63,466 bases of DNA, taken from NCBI GenBank assembly GCA_963766795.1, contig CAVYBN010000006.1:1-63466 (forward strand), in the 5' to 3' direction. The notes beneath the pieces were generated by a model, which did not search any database, was not told the origin of the DNA, and worked only from the letters and a program-made list of their open reading frames with translations. The translations under genes were made by a program, and so were the position numbers. Of the stretch, positions 18,357-28,570 are shown in pieces. The stretch is from Candidatus Parcubacteria bacterium (GTDB taxonomy: Bacteria > Patescibacteriota > Minisyncoccia > Phycocordibacterales > PALSA-1337). How positions within the stretch are numbered: position 1 is the first letter of the stretch; each line of letters begins with the position of its first letter.

Positions 18357-18439
18357 GTCATTCCCGCGAAAGCGGGAATCCAGGGTCTTGCAAATTTCGA
18401 CTGTAATAATACTCTGGACCCCCGCTTCCGCGGGGGTAC
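18357..18439. repeat. CGTC-type REP doublet, copy 1 (intergenic gpmA-pyk)
   Basis: GTCATTCCCGCGAAAGCGGGAATCCAG ... CTGGACCCCCGCTTCCGCGGGGGTAC, preceded by TCAAAAG heptamers. Confidence 0.85.
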
Positions 18440-18480
18440 AAGGTGAATTAATTACCAATCTTTCAATGATTAACAATCCT

Positions 18481-19290
18481 ATGACCCACTCAAAAGCCCA
18501 AATAGTCGCGACCCTCGGCTCTGTCTCGGACTCTCCCGAGAAGCTCAAAGCCATGATCGAGCACCAGCTCGACGTGGTCAGGCTGAATTTCTCATGGGCA
18601 GACCTTGAGACTAGGACCAGGCAGATCGCGCTCGTTCGGAAGCTGGAAAAAGAATGCGGGCGGCATATACCCATCATCGAAGATCTGCCGGGACCGCGCG
18701 TCCAGGAAGGCGCGGAGCATACCTACGACCGTAAGGCCGCTTCCGTCTCGGCTCTGACAGACCGCGACAGGGATTTCATCAAGTTCGGCGCCAGCCAAGG
18801 CGTGGAATATATCGCCGTTTCGTTCGTCGGCGGGCCCGAGGATATCCAGGCTTGCCGTGAAGCCATCCAAGCTTGTTCTGGCACCCAGCGCGTCATCGCC
18901 AAGATCGAGCGCAAGGTCGCGCTCGAGCGCATAGACGAGATCATCGCCGTCACCGACGCGGTCATGGTGGCTCGCGGCGATCTTGGCAATGAGATCCCGC
19001 TCGAAGCCATCCCGTTCGCGCAGGACATGATCATCAAGAAGTGCAAAGCCGCCGGAAAGCCGGTCATCACCGCCACGCAGATGATGCTCACCATGGTGGA
19101 CGATCCGATCCCGACGCGCGCAGAAGTCACCGATGTCGCCAACGCCATCCTCCAAGGCTCCGACGCGGTCATGCTCTCCGAAGAGACTGCCAAAGGCAAG
19201 TATCCGGTCGAAACGGTGGCCATGATGGAGCGCATCGTGCTCGAAGCCGAGAGGCATATGGGAGGGAAGCTGGTCATCAATCCGCTATGA
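18481..19290 (+). CDS. pyk: Pyruvate kinase, minimal form
   Basis: [67 protein letters not shown]; 269 aa from 18481. Confidence 0.95.
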   Translation: MTHSKAQIVATLGSVSDSPEKLKAMIEHQLDVVRLNFSWADLETRTRQIALVRKLEKECGRHIPIIEDLPGPRVQEGAEHTYDRKAASVSALTDRDRDFIKFGASQGVEYIAVSFVGGPEDIQACREAIQACSGTQRVIAKIERKVALERIDEIIAVTDAVMVARGDLGNEIPLEAIPFAQDMIIKKCKAAGKPVITATQMMLTMVDDPIPTRAEVTDVANAILQGSDAVMLSEETAKGKYPVETVAMMERIVLEAERHMGGKLVINPL

Positions 19291-19310
19291 TTGAGGATTG
19301 AAAGATTATA

Positions 19311-19441
19311 AAAATCTCAAATTTCAGAATTCAATTTCCAGAGAAATCTCAGAATTCAAATCTCAAAAATGATATCATAGCGCCATTTGATCATTGGAGT
19401 TTGGAACTTATCTGGAATTTGTGATTTGAAATTTGAATTTT
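19311..19441 (+). repeat. Heptamer-arm element family A, copy 2
   Basis: CAAAT-rich left arm, short spacer, TTTG-rich right arm. Confidence 0.9.
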
Positions 19442-19484
19442 ATTCACAAATATTAACTTTCAATGAAATCTTAGGAATAAAGAC

Positions 19485-20837
19485 ATGACAAACATTAAAT
19501 CCATAGTCGCTCGTGAGATCCTCGATTCTCGTGGAAATCCGACAGTCGAAGCTGACTGCACGCTTTTAAGCGGTGCCACTGGCCGCGCATCAGTCCCATC
19601 CGGAGCCTCGACCGGAGTCCACGAAGCCCTCGAATTACGAGACGGCGACAAGGCTCGCTATAACGGCCTCGGCGTGCTCAAGGCGGTTGGAAATGTCAAT
19701 GAAGAAATCAGTCAGTTCGTTCAAGGTAAGGATTTCAATCAGCAATCGCTTGACGAGGCTTTGATCAAGCTCGATGGAACTGAAAATAAGTCACGATTAG
19801 GAGCCAATGCCATCCTCGCCGTCTCACTGTCATTTGCTCGCGCTTGCGCTGCAGAACAAAAGCTCGAATTATATGAGTATCTCAATGGTTTGATTGGCAA
19901 CGACTATGTCATCCCCGCGAAAGCGGGGATCCAGGGTCAAACCGTTGAAGGTGATAATACACTGGATTCCGGCCTTCGCCGGAATGACAAGACAAATTCC
20001 CAATCTTTCAACCTGCCACAGCCCTATTTCAACGTCATTAACGGCGGCAAGCATGCCGATTCCGGCCTCGACATCCAGGAATTCCTCATAGTCCCGGTCG
20101 GCTTCGATTCGTTCAAGCGCAAAGTCGAAGCGGCTGACGAGATCATCGCGGCTTTGAAGAAGATCTTGGTCAGCAAGAACTATTCGATCGGCGTAGGCGA
20201 TGAGGGAGGCTTTGCGCCGAAATTGTCTTCAAATGAAGAAGCTTTCGAATTACTAGAGCAGGCCATAAAAGATGCCGGTTACAATTTCAATCAGGTCAAA
20301 TTAGCCATAGACGCCGCGGCCTCGAGCTTCTACGTCAAAAGCACGTACCGGCTGAAGATCTACGGAGAGGATAAGAATATGGGCAGCCGGGCCATGGTGG
20401 ATTGGTATAAGAGATTGGTCGGCGCGCATCCGATCGTCTCCATCGAGGACGGCCTGGCCGAAGACGATTGGGACGGGTTCACGCACATGAATGACATGCT
20501 CGGAGATAAAATACAGATCGTCGGCGACGACTTGACTGTGACGAACATCAAGAGGATCCAAACAGCCATTGAGAAGAAAGCAATTAATTCGGTTCTGATA
20601 AAACTTAATCAAATTGGCACCTTGACCGAAACGATCCAAGCGATTCAATTGGCTAAGAAGCAAGGTTGGACCGCGTTTGTCTCGCATCGTTCGGGTGAAA
20701 CGAATGACACCTTTATTGCTGACCTAGCCGTCGGCCTTTCCTGTGAATGCATCAAGTCCGGTTCGTTGGCGCGCGAGGAAAGAGTCTGCAAATACAACCG
20801 ATTGATGGAGATTGAAGAGCGGCTGAAAGCGCGCTAG
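19485..20837 (+). CDS. eno: Enolase with an in-frame REP insertion
   Basis: REILDSRGNPTVE, PSGASTG, GDEGGFAP, VSHRSGET; foreign segment VIPAKAGIQ...LDSGLRRND. Confidence 0.98.
   Translation: MTNIKSIVAREILDSRGNPTVEADCTLLSGATGRASVPSGASTGVHEALELRDGDKARYNGLGVLKAVGNVNEEISQFVQGKDFNQQSLDEALIKLDGTENKSRLGANAILAVSLSFARACAAEQKLELYEYLNGLIGNDYVIPAKAGIQGQTVEGDNTLDSGLRRNDKTNSQSFNLPQPYFNVINGGKHADSGLDIQEFLIVPVGFDSFKRKVEAADEIIAALKKILVSKNYSIGVGDEGGFAPKLSSNEEAFELLEQAIKDAGYNFNQVKLAIDAAASSFYVKSTYRLKIYGEDKNMGSRAMVDWYKRLVGAHPIVSIEDGLAEDDWDGFTHMNDMLGDKIQIVGDDLTVTNIKRIQTAIEKKAINSVLIKLNQIGTLTETIQAIQLAKKQGWTAFVSHRSGETNDTFIADLAVGLSCECIKSGSLAREERVCKYNRLMEIEERLKAR
19908..19988. repeat. CGTC-type REP doublet, copy 2 (inside eno, 81 bp)
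   Basis: GTCATCCCCGCGAAAGCGGGGATCCAG...CTGGATTCCGGCCTTCGCCGGAATGAC. Confidence 0.9.
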
Positions 20838-20849
20838 TATTAAGCGCGT

Positions 20850-22070
20850 ATGAAGACCGTCACTGACCAAAAAAAGATCGAGGAAGCTTTCGCTCGCGGG
20901 ACTGTGGTCGAAGCTTTTCCTTCCAAGGAAGAGCTGATCCATCGCATGATGTCTGGGCAGCCATTGAGGTTATATATTGGCCTCGATGCCACTTCGGGAG
21001 CCTTACATCTGGCGCATGCAAGGATCCTAATCTTTTTAGAAGAGCTTCGTCAGCTTGGTCATGAGGTTATAGTCCTATTTGGCGATTTTACGGCACAGAT
21101 CGGCGATCCTACGGATAAGAGCGTCGCACGGAAGCAGCTTACTCATGAGGATGTAAAGAAAAATGTGGCCGGATGGTTGAGTCAGATCAAGCCTTTGATA
21201 AACACGACCGATTCGAATAACCCTACTCAGATCAAATACAATTCCGAATGGCTTTCTAAGCTTACGTTCACTGATGTGGTCAAACTCGCTTCGAATTTCA
21301 CAGTTCAACAGATGCTCGAACGAGATATGTTCCAGAAGCGCCTAAAAGATAATACGCCAATACATCTTCACGAGTTTCTGTATCCATTGATGCAAGGTTA
21401 TGACAGCGTTGCAATGGATGTCGACGCGGAAGTCTGCGGCACTGACCAGATCTTCAATGCCTTGGCAGGAAGGATCCTTCAAAAGCGATTGAATAACAAG
21501 GATAAATTCGTCATCGCTCTGAATCTCATGGAAAATCCGAAAACTGGCGCATTGATGTCGAAAAGCAAAGGCACTGGCGTATTTCTCAATCAGTCGGCGG
21601 ATGAGCTCTTCGGTTCAATCATGGCTCAACCCGATGAAATGATCGAACCGTTTTTTGTAAACTGCACGCGCATTCCATTAACGGAAAAAGACGCTTTGAT
21701 GGCCAAGGGCCCGCGTGACGCCAAAGCAGCCGTTGCCTTCGACATTGTCAAGCGGTTCCACGGTGAAGATTCCGCCAAATCAGCCAAAGAATCATTCGAG
21801 AACACTTTCGCCAGGGGAGGCGTGCCGGATGATGTGCTTGAATTGAAATTGGCTGGCGATGAATCGCTCGTTGACGCTCTCATAAAAGCCGAAGTTGTTC
21901 CTTCAAAGACAGAATGGAGACGATTGATCGGCGAAGGAGCCGTTAAGGTTATGGGCGGAGCCGGCGAATCTTCTGATGGAATGAAGATCGATGATGTGAA
22001 TTTCAAGCCCGCGAATGGAACCATTCTCAAGATAGGGAAGAGGAGGTTCGTAAAGATCAAGATCTCATAA
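20850..22070 (+). CDS. tyrS: Tyrosine--tRNA ligase
   Basis: ALHLAH (HIGH-like), YPLMQGYD, GTDQIFN, LMSKSKG (KMSKS-like), C-terminal S4 domain IGKRRF. Confidence 0.95.
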   Translation: MKTVTDQKKIEEAFARGTVVEAFPSKEELIHRMMSGQPLRLYIGLDATSGALHLAHARILIFLEELRQLGHEVIVLFGDFTAQIGDPTDKSVARKQLTHEDVKKNVAGWLSQIKPLINTTDSNNPTQIKYNSEWLSKLTFTDVVKLASNFTVQQMLERDMFQKRLKDNTPIHLHEFLYPLMQGYDSVAMDVDAEVCGTDQIFNALAGRILQKRLNNKDKFVIALNLMENPKTGALMSKSKGTGVFLNQSADELFGSIMAQPDEMIEPFFVNCTRIPLTEKDALMAKGPRDAKAAVAFDIVKRFHGEDSAKSAKESFENTFARGGVPDDVLELKLAGDESLVDALIKAEVVPSKTEWRRLIGEGAVKVMGGAGESSDGMKIDDVNFKPANGTILKIGKRRFVKIKIS

Positions 22071-22124
22071 AAAAGTTTTTTATAGATGTGATTGCGGAGC
22101 GGAATATCCCTCTGGTCACTTTTG

Positions 22125-22151
22125 AAAAGTGTCGAAAGTTTCGACACTTTT
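22125..22151. terminator. 12-bp stem hairpin between convergent tyrS and comF
   Basis: AAAAGTGTCGAA-AGT-TTCGACACTTTT. Confidence 0.55.
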
Positions 22152-22420
22152 GCAAAGTGCTGCAGGGGAGATATCGCTTCCCGACGATAAAAAAGAGGGC
22201 CGACGGCGGCACCTCTTGTTGCGGGCATTTTCACCGGCGGCACCTCATTGTGTGTGATGAAAGTGCATATCGAGACAGGCCATGATTGACGCTATCACTA
22301 AGCTAACAATTAGAATTCCGAGTACGGTTTTCGGATTCTTCAAAGGTTCAAGAAAGCGCCATAGTTTAATTTTTTCATTCAGTTTCATTTTGTACCTCCA
22401 CAAGAATTATAGCACCAAAA

Positions 22421-23086
22421 TCAATGTGCCAATGACAGCCCATAGGTGTTCTTGAACCCGGATCTTCTTAGCGTACCAACCGCATCTCTCATAGTGCTGC
22501 CGGTCGTAATCACGTCGTCGATTACCACTACAAATAGGTCGGACCTATTTAGGTCGGACCTCGGATTCACGGCGAAAGTGTCTTGGATGCTCTTCAATCG
22601 TTCGCGCCGATCCTTCAAAGTTTGCCTTGAAGTGTGGCGCACGCGAATGAGCAGGTCGTGCGCAAAAAGAAAATGCTTATCTGAATCGAGTCTAGCAATC
22701 GCGTCGGCGATCAGTTCGCACTGATTGAAGCCGCGCTCGCGGCGGCGTGCCTTGGTGATCGGCATCGGAATAATTAGAATGCGCATGTCTTTTGGTATCA
22801 CTGATTCGAATGAACGCAAGATGCGAAATAGCGCGTGTGCGGCAAGCGAAGCGCCTTTCAAAGACTTCTTGTATTTTATGCTCCAGACCAGATGAAAGAC
22901 CCGCTCGTCCTTATAATGAAAGACGGAGCACGCCTCTGGAATAGGAGCATCAATGGCGCGCGGCAAGAGCTTGAATAAGCCGCTCTCATCCATAGCCAAA
23001 GCCTCTCGCTCCGCCGGATGGACGGGGAACAGGGCGTCGGCCACCGTATTAAAAAAAGCGCTGAAGGCGCGGGTCAGAGGCATACG
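22421..23086 (-). CDS. comF: ComF/ComFC-family phosphoribosyltransferase-like competence protein
   Basis: RERGFNQCELIA, VVIDDVITTGST. Confidence 0.88.
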   Translation of the reverse strand, partial: RMPLTRAFSAFFNTVADALFPVHPAEREALAMDESGLFKLLPRAIDAPIPEACSVFHYKDERVFHLVWSIKYKKSLKGASLAAHALFRILRSFESVIPKDMRILIIPMPITKARRRERGFNQCELIADAIARLDSDKHFLFAHDLLIRVRHTSRQTLKDRRERLKSIQDTFAVNPRSDLNRSDLFVVVIDDVITTGSTMRDAVGTLRRSGFKNTYGLSLAH

Positions 23087-23325
23087 CATTATTATAGCCA
23101 CAAGCGAGGATGCGTGGCAACTCGTTGACACGGCATCCGAGCGCAGCGGATATATGAGCGAAGCGAATATAACACCAAAAATTTCAAGGGGTAGCAGAGC
23201 CGGAGAAATATGTCCGTTCAGGACGGTGCCCCCGCGCCAATATTCCTGGTATTCGTTTTGTTGGCAATGTCCTTCACGGGCATATTTCTCCTGCTCTAGC
23301 GTTGCTGTTATGTTATACTTTCACC

Positions 23326-24420
23326 ATGGCATTTTTCTCATTCTTCAAGAAAGAGACCAGCGTCCTCGGCGTGGACATCGGCTCGTCGGCCATCAAGATC
23401 GTGCAGATCAAGAAGAAACGCGGCCGGGCCGTCTTGGAGACTTACGGCGAGCTGGCGCTGGGCCCTTACGGCGGCACCGAGATCGGCCGGGCGGTCAGCC
23501 TGCCAGCGGACAAGCTGGCCGAGGCGATCCGGGATCTCCTGCGCGAAGCCAAGACGACCACGGTCAATTGCGGCGCGGCACTGCCGCTGTCTTCCAGCCT
23601 GATCACCTTCGTTACCGTGCCTCCGGTGCCTGACAAGCAGATGGCCGACGTGGTCTCGCTCGAAGCCCGCAAATACATCCCCGTGCCGCTCTCCGAAGTC
23701 TTCCTGGATTTCTCCGTCATCCCGACTGAAGAAGGCTACGCCGAAGGCACCGAAGCTGGCAAGGCAGAGAAGCGAGGGCAAGAAGTCCTGGTCGTGGCCA
23801 TCCACAACGAATATCTCTCCGAATACCAGTCGGTCATGGGAGGCAGCGGTCTCCAGCCGGGCTTCTACGAGATCGAGATCTTCAGCTCCATCCGCGCCGT
23901 CGTGGAACAAGGGCTCTCCACGGTCATGATCATCGACATGGGCGCCCGCTCGACCAAGCTCTACATCGTCGAGCGCGGGCTCTTGCGCGCTTCGCATATC
24001 ATCAACAAAGGAGGGCAGGACATCACCTTGGCTCTGTCGAAGGCGCTGTCCATCGAAGTAGCCGACGCCGAGAGCTTGAAGCGTTCGCGCGGCCTCAAAG
24101 GCGGCCCGGAATACAAGGAACCGACTGAGATCATCACGGTCAACCTCGACTATGTCTTCTACGAGGCCAATACGGCCCTCTTGAATTATCAGAAGAAATA
24201 CGGCAAGAACATCGGCTCTATCATCATGACCGGCGGCGGAGCTTTGCTCAAGGGGCTCATAGATCTGGCCAAGATCGGATTCCAGACGCAGGTGGTATGC
24301 GCCGATCCGTTCGGCAAGCTCGAGACGCCGGCATTCCTCGCCGAGGAATTCGCCGCGGCCGGCCCGGAATTCGCGGTAGCCATCGGCGCGGCCTTGCGCA
24401 GGCTGTCGGAGACGGAATGA
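23326..24420 (+). CDS. pilM: Type IV pilus assembly protein PilM
   Basis: LGVDIGSSAIKIV, IDMGARST, IIMTGGGALLKG (actin-like ATPase fold). Confidence 0.95.
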   Translation: MAFFSFFKKETSVLGVDIGSSAIKIVQIKKKRGRAVLETYGELALGPYGGTEIGRAVSLPADKLAEAIRDLLREAKTTTVNCGAALPLSSSLITFVTVPPVPDKQMADVVSLEARKYIPVPLSEVFLDFSVIPTEEGYAEGTEAGKAEKRGQEVLVVAIHNEYLSEYQSVMGGSGLQPGFYEIEIFSSIRAVVEQGLSTVMIIDMGARSTKLYIVERGLLRASHIINKGGQDITLALSKALSIEVADAESLKRSRGLKGGPEYKEPTEIITVNLDYVFYEANTALLNYQKKYGKNIGSIIMTGGGALLKGLIDLAKIGFQTQVVCADPFGKLETPAFLAEEFAAAGPEFAVAIGAALRRLSETE

Positions 24421-24483
24421 CATCCAAATTTATAATTGCCGGTCTGCTTGTATTTCAGCCAAATCCATGCGATATTTAAGCCG

Positions 24484-24603
24484 ATGATAAGCATCGACGA
24501 TCAAGTCAAATACTGGACTGACAAAGAATATGCCGAAGAAAATTCCCAGAAAATAACTAAGATCTACAAAGAACTATGTCAAAAGATAAAACAAAAAAAA
24601 TAG
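24484..24603 (+). pseudogene. Internally deleted HEPN toxin remnant
   Basis: MISIDDQVKYW joined directly to TDKEYAEE...KIYKELCQK. Both ends match the ends of the HEPN gene at 32967, and it overlaps the MNT start in the same way. Confidence 0.65.
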
Positions 24604-24884
24604 TCGAGAGATACGTCGAGAAGCTGAAGGAAAGCAAGATACCGTTGTCCGGAGTGTATCTGTTCGGCTCATTTGCCAAAGGCGAAGCCCGTGAATGGAG
24701 TGACATCGACGTGGCCATCTTCTCCAAGAGAAAAGAGACCGACCAATTCATAATCGAAGCTGGCAGGATTCGGAGGGAAGTCGATCTGCGGATAGAACCG
24801 CATATCTTTTCCGAGGAAGATCTGAAGACGGTCTCGACGCCTTTCGTCGAAGAGATCTTGAGAACGGGAGTAAGGGTGGTTTGA
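24576..24884 (+). CDS. Minimal nucleotidyltransferase (MNT) antitoxin
   Basis: YLFGSFAKG...SDIDVAIFS...IEPH. Confidence 0.9.
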   Translation: MSKDKTKKIVERYVEKLKESKIPLSGVYLFGSFAKGEAREWSDIDVAIFSKRKETDQFIIEAGRIRREVDLRIEPHIFSEEDLKTVSTPFVEEILRTGVRVV

Positions 24885-25045
24885 GCGGCGCTATTCGGTC
24901 TTGTGCCGTTATTCCGTCTAGCGAGCGGCATCGTGGCTGCCGAAGGCAGACATGATGCGCGAGTGAAGACGGAACAACATGCGAAGCATGTTATGCACAG
25001 CCAATATAGCTGGCTTTTCTGGTATAATGCACGACAGCATCACCC

Positions 25046-25724
25046 ATGGAAACCAGATTCCAAACTTCATTCATACCCAGGAAGCCTGTCACGGCTTCAG
25101 GGCCGTCCTTGTCCCAATCCCATTCGCCGGCACATCACTCGTTCGGCGGTATATTCATGGACATCGCCGTGGTTCTGTTCGTCATCTCGCTTGCTCGCCG
25201 CCGGCGGGGCTTACCTCTGGAAGAGCTATCTCTATTCCGCCCAAGCTTCCTATCAGGCCGAGCTCCTCACCCGCGAGAAGCAGTTCAACCTCGACTTGAT
25301 CCAACAGCTCCAAAACCAGAGCGTCAAGATCAATCTCGCCAAACAGCTCCTGGCCAGGCACGTCGCCGCTTCGCAGGTCTTCGGCGTCATCGGAGCATTG
25401 ACCTCGGAGCACGTCAGGTTCTCCTCCTTCGATTTCACCGCGCCGGGGTCCGGATCTTCCAACGCCAAAGTCTCTCTTTCGGGATTCGGAGCCAGCCTGT
25501 CCACGGTGGCCTTCCAGTCTGACGTTCTCGGCTCGCTCAGCCAATACGGCTTGCAGAACATCGTCAAGAATCCGATCCTGTCCAATCCGGCCTTGAACGA
25601 GAACGGAACGGTCGCTTTCAGTCTTTCAGCCGAGATCAGTCCGTCGGTCCTGTCCTATGAGAAAGGGATATCGGGCTCCTCCGGAGGGTCTTCGACCGCG
25701 TCTTCCACGCCTTCAAATCCATGA
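25046..25724 (+). CDS. PilN-like protein (+1 frameshift near 25200)
   Basis: METRFQTSFIP start, one TM helix, coiled coil; position after pilM. Confidence 0.75.
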
Positions 25725-26365
25725 ATCGCAATCTCACAGCTTTCATCCTGATCGTGATCGCCGTCGGCATATATGTCACGGTCACCCAAGGGTTCATGGC
25801 CGAAGCCGGGCAGGTCAAGAGCGTCAATGACCAATATGTCTCGGCCATCGCGAACGCCGCCCGCCTGATCGCCACGCGCGACCAAGTGCTCAAGGATTAC
25901 AACGCCATCTCCGACAACGATCGCGCGCGCCTGGACAAGATGATACCCGGCACGGTCGACAATATCCGACTGATCATAGACTTGAACGGCATCGCCGCCA
26001 GTCATCACATGTCCTTGAAAGGCGTTTCCGCCTCGGCCTCTTCCGGGAATCCCGCGGCTGCTCCGGGCCATGCCGCTCCCGGAGGGAGCGCCCCCGGTTC
26101 GGCGATGACGGCTCCGAACGCTCCCATTGGCGGGGGGTTCGCGGGGAGCCAGCCTAGCCAGGCGATCTCCGCGCCAGTCCTCGACACGGTCGCGGTCTCG
26201 TTCAGCGTAAGCGCGAGCTATCAGGATTTCATCAACCTCTTGCAGGCCATGGAGGCGGATCTGCGCGTCATGGACCTGACCCATCTTTCGGTGACGGCCA
26301 ATGACACCGGGACTTACGATTGGAGCCTGCAATTCAACACGTATTGGATCCGTCAAACGACATGA
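25721..26365 (+). CDS. PilO-like protein
   Basis: N-terminal TM, RLDKMIP...DNIRLI, VSASYQDFINLLQAME...RVMD. Confidence 0.75.
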   Translation: MNRNLTAFILIVIAVGIYVTVTQGFMAEAGQVKSVNDQYVSAIANAARLIATRDQVLKDYNAISDNDRARLDKMIPGTVDNIRLIIDLNGIAASHHMSLKGVSASASSGNPAAAPGHAAPGGSAPGSAMTAPNAPIGGGFAGSQPSQAISAPVLDTVAVSFSVSASYQDFINLLQAMEADLRVMDLTHLSVTANDTGTYDWSLQFNTYWIRQTT

Positions 26366-26721
26366 AGAATCTCTTCCATTCAAAAGGCACTATCTCCGTC
26401 ATCGTCATCGTAGTGATCTTGGTGATAGCCTATTTCTATTACGAAGGCGGCTCGTCTACCGGGAGCGGCAGCTTGCTCCAGTCTCAATCGAGCGACCAGA
26501 GCATCGGAGCCGCCGAACTCAATCTTTTGAACCAGATCCAATCGCTGAATGTCGATTCCTCATTGTTCAAGGATCCCGGCTACCAGAGCCTGGTGGACTA
26601 TTCGGTGGCCATACCGTCCGAGCCCGTTGGCCGTCCGAATCCTTTCGCGCCGTATCCGGGCGAAGTCGTCGTTTCCGGCTCCGCCGGCGCCGCAGGGAAT
26701 CCCGGCACGACCGGCCATTAA
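26362..26721 (+). CDS. Small membrane-anchored pilus-locus protein (PilP-like position)
   Basis: TM helix and C-terminal GRPNPFAP motif. Confidence 0.7.
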   Translation: MKNLFHSKGTISVIVIVVILVIAYFYYEGGSSTGSGSLLQSQSSDQSIGAAELNLLNQIQSLNVDSSLFKDPGYQSLVDYSVAIPSEPVGRPNPFAPYPGEVVVSGSAGAAGNPGTTGH

Positions 26722-26724
26722 CAC

Positions 26725-28470
26725 ATGAGCGTACTCGACATCCTGCTCGAAAAGAAGCTGATCAGCAAGGATGACGTCCGCGAAGCGCGCAAGCGGATGT
26801 CTTCCGGCGCCACTCTGGAAGAAGCCCTGATCTCGGAAGGCGTCAAGCCAGACGACATAACTGCCGCCCGCGGCGAATTTCTGAATATCCCGGTCCGTGC
26901 CATCGCCGAGACTTCCGTGCCGTTCGAGGTCCTCGAATACGTCCCGCAGGAATCCGCCGAGCATTACCGTTTCGTGCCGATCGGCCTCAAAGAAGGCACG
27001 CTCGAGGTCGGCGTCGTCGATCCCGACAACATGGAGGCTCGCGACGCCTTGAATTTCCTGGCGGCCAAGAAGAACATCCCGTACAAGATGTATCTCATCA
27101 CCATCGACGACTTCCAGAAAGTCGTCGAGATGTACAAAGGCCTGACCGGCGAAGTCTCGCGCGCCCTGACCGAGCTCGAGTCCGAGCTCTCGGTTGAGAC
27201 CGAAGCCGTCAAGAAAGCACCGGGATCGCCGGCTCCGGGAGCGCCCGGCAAGGGCGACAAGAACGCTCCGGCCGAAGAGACGATCATCATCGAGGACGCG
27301 CCGGTGGTCAAGATCGTGGCGACCATCGTCCGCTACGCCGTCGAGGGAGAAGCTTCCGACGTCCACATCGAGCACATGCGCGACAAGGTCCGCGTGCGCT
27401 TCCGCGTGGACGGCGTGCTCACGACCAGCCTGGTCCTGCCGCCGCAGGTGCATTCGGCGGTGGTCAGCCGCATCAAAGTCCTTTCCAACATGCGCTTGGA
27501 CGAGAAGAGGAAGCCGCAAGACGGGCGCTTCTCGGCCAGGATCGACGGCCGGCGCATCGATTTCCGCGTCTCCACATTCCCGGCTTATTACGGCGAGAAA
27601 GTCGAAATGCGCATCCTCGACCAAGCCAAAGGCCTGCACGCTCTCGACGACATGGGAATGACGCCCGCCAATCTCTCTATGATCAAGCAAGCCATCGACC
27701 GTCCCTACGGCATGATCCTCATCACCGGTCCGACCGGTTCCGGCAAGTCGACGACGCTCTATTCTCTGCTGAACGAGGTCGACCGCGAGAGCTACAATGT
27801 TCTTTCGCTCGAAGACCCAGTTGAATATCAGATGGAAGGCGTCAGCCAGTCGCAGGTGCGGCCGGAGATCGGCTATGACTTCAGCTCCGGTTTGCGCACG
27901 ACGCTGCGCCAAGACCCGGACATCATCATGGTGGGTGAGATCCGAGACAAGGAGACCGCTCAACTGGCCGTCCAGGCGGCCTTGACCGGCCACCTGGTCT
28001 TTTCGACTTTGCACACCAACAACGCCGCCGGCATCATTCCGCGCTTGGTCGACATGGGCGTCGACCCGTATCTGATCGCGCCGACCCTCATCCTCGGCGT
28101 GGCCCAGCGCCTAGTCGGCCTCTTGCCGCCCAACGGGGGAGAGCTGGTGCCCGTCGAGGGCAGCATCAAGGCCATGATCGACCGACAGTTCAGCGACCTG
28201 CCGGCCGAATACAAGAAGAACATCCCCTGGAGCGACAAGGTGGCCAAGATCAAGGTCACCCCGGAATCGCCGCGCGGCACCCGCGGGCGCATGGCGGTCT
28301 TCGAGATGTTCACCATGGACAAGGACGTCGAGAGCATCATCCTCCACAATCCGACCGAGACCGAGATCGTCAAGTCCTTGCGCGCCAAAGGCATGCTGAC
28401 TTTGAAGGAGGACGCCATCATCAAGGCCTTCGAGCGCAAGATACCCATTGAAGAGGTGAATAAGCTATAG
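26725..28470 (+). CDS. pilB: Type IV pilus extension ATPase PilB/GspE
   Basis: ASDVHIE, PQDGRF, GPTGSGKSTTL (Walker A), LRQDPDIIMVGEIRD, GHLVFSTLHTN. Confidence 0.96.
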   Translation: MSVLDILLEKKLISKDDVREARKRMSSGATLEEALISEGVKPDDITAARGEFLNIPVRAIAETSVPFEVLEYVPQESAEHYRFVPIGLKEGTLEVGVVDPDNMEARDALNFLAAKKNIPYKMYLITIDDFQKVVEMYKGLTGEVSRALTELESELSVETEAVKKAPGSPAPGAPGKGDKNAPAEETIIIEDAPVVKIVATIVRYAVEGEASDVHIEHMRDKVRVRFRVDGVLTTSLVLPPQVHSAVVSRIKVLSNMRLDEKRKPQDGRFSARIDGRRIDFRVSTFPAYYGEKVEMRILDQAKGLHALDDMGMTPANLSMIKQAIDRPYGMILITGPTGSGKSTTLYSLLNEVDRESYNVLSLEDPVEYQMEGVSQSQVRPEIGYDFSSGLRTTLRQDPDIIMVGEIRDKETAQLAVQAALTGHLVFSTLHTNNAAGIIPRLVDMGVDPYLIAPTLILGVAQRLVGLLPPNGGELVPVEGSIKAMIDRQFSDLPAEYKKNIPWSDKVAKIKVTPESPRGTRGRMAVFEMFTMDKDVESIILHNPTETEIVKSLRAKGMLTLKEDAIIKAFERKIPIEEVNKL

Positions 28471-28557
28471 GGGACAGGGTGCAGGGTACAGTAAAAAATC
28501 AGAATTCAACATTTAATTTATACTTTCTACACCCTGTACCCTGTACCCTGTACCCTG
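28470..28557. repeat. GGGTACA heptamer-arm element family B, copy 1
   Basis: gggacagggtgcagggtacag ... ccctgtaccctgtaccctgtaccctg. Confidence 0.9.
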
Positions 28558-28570
28558 ATATACTATACCC

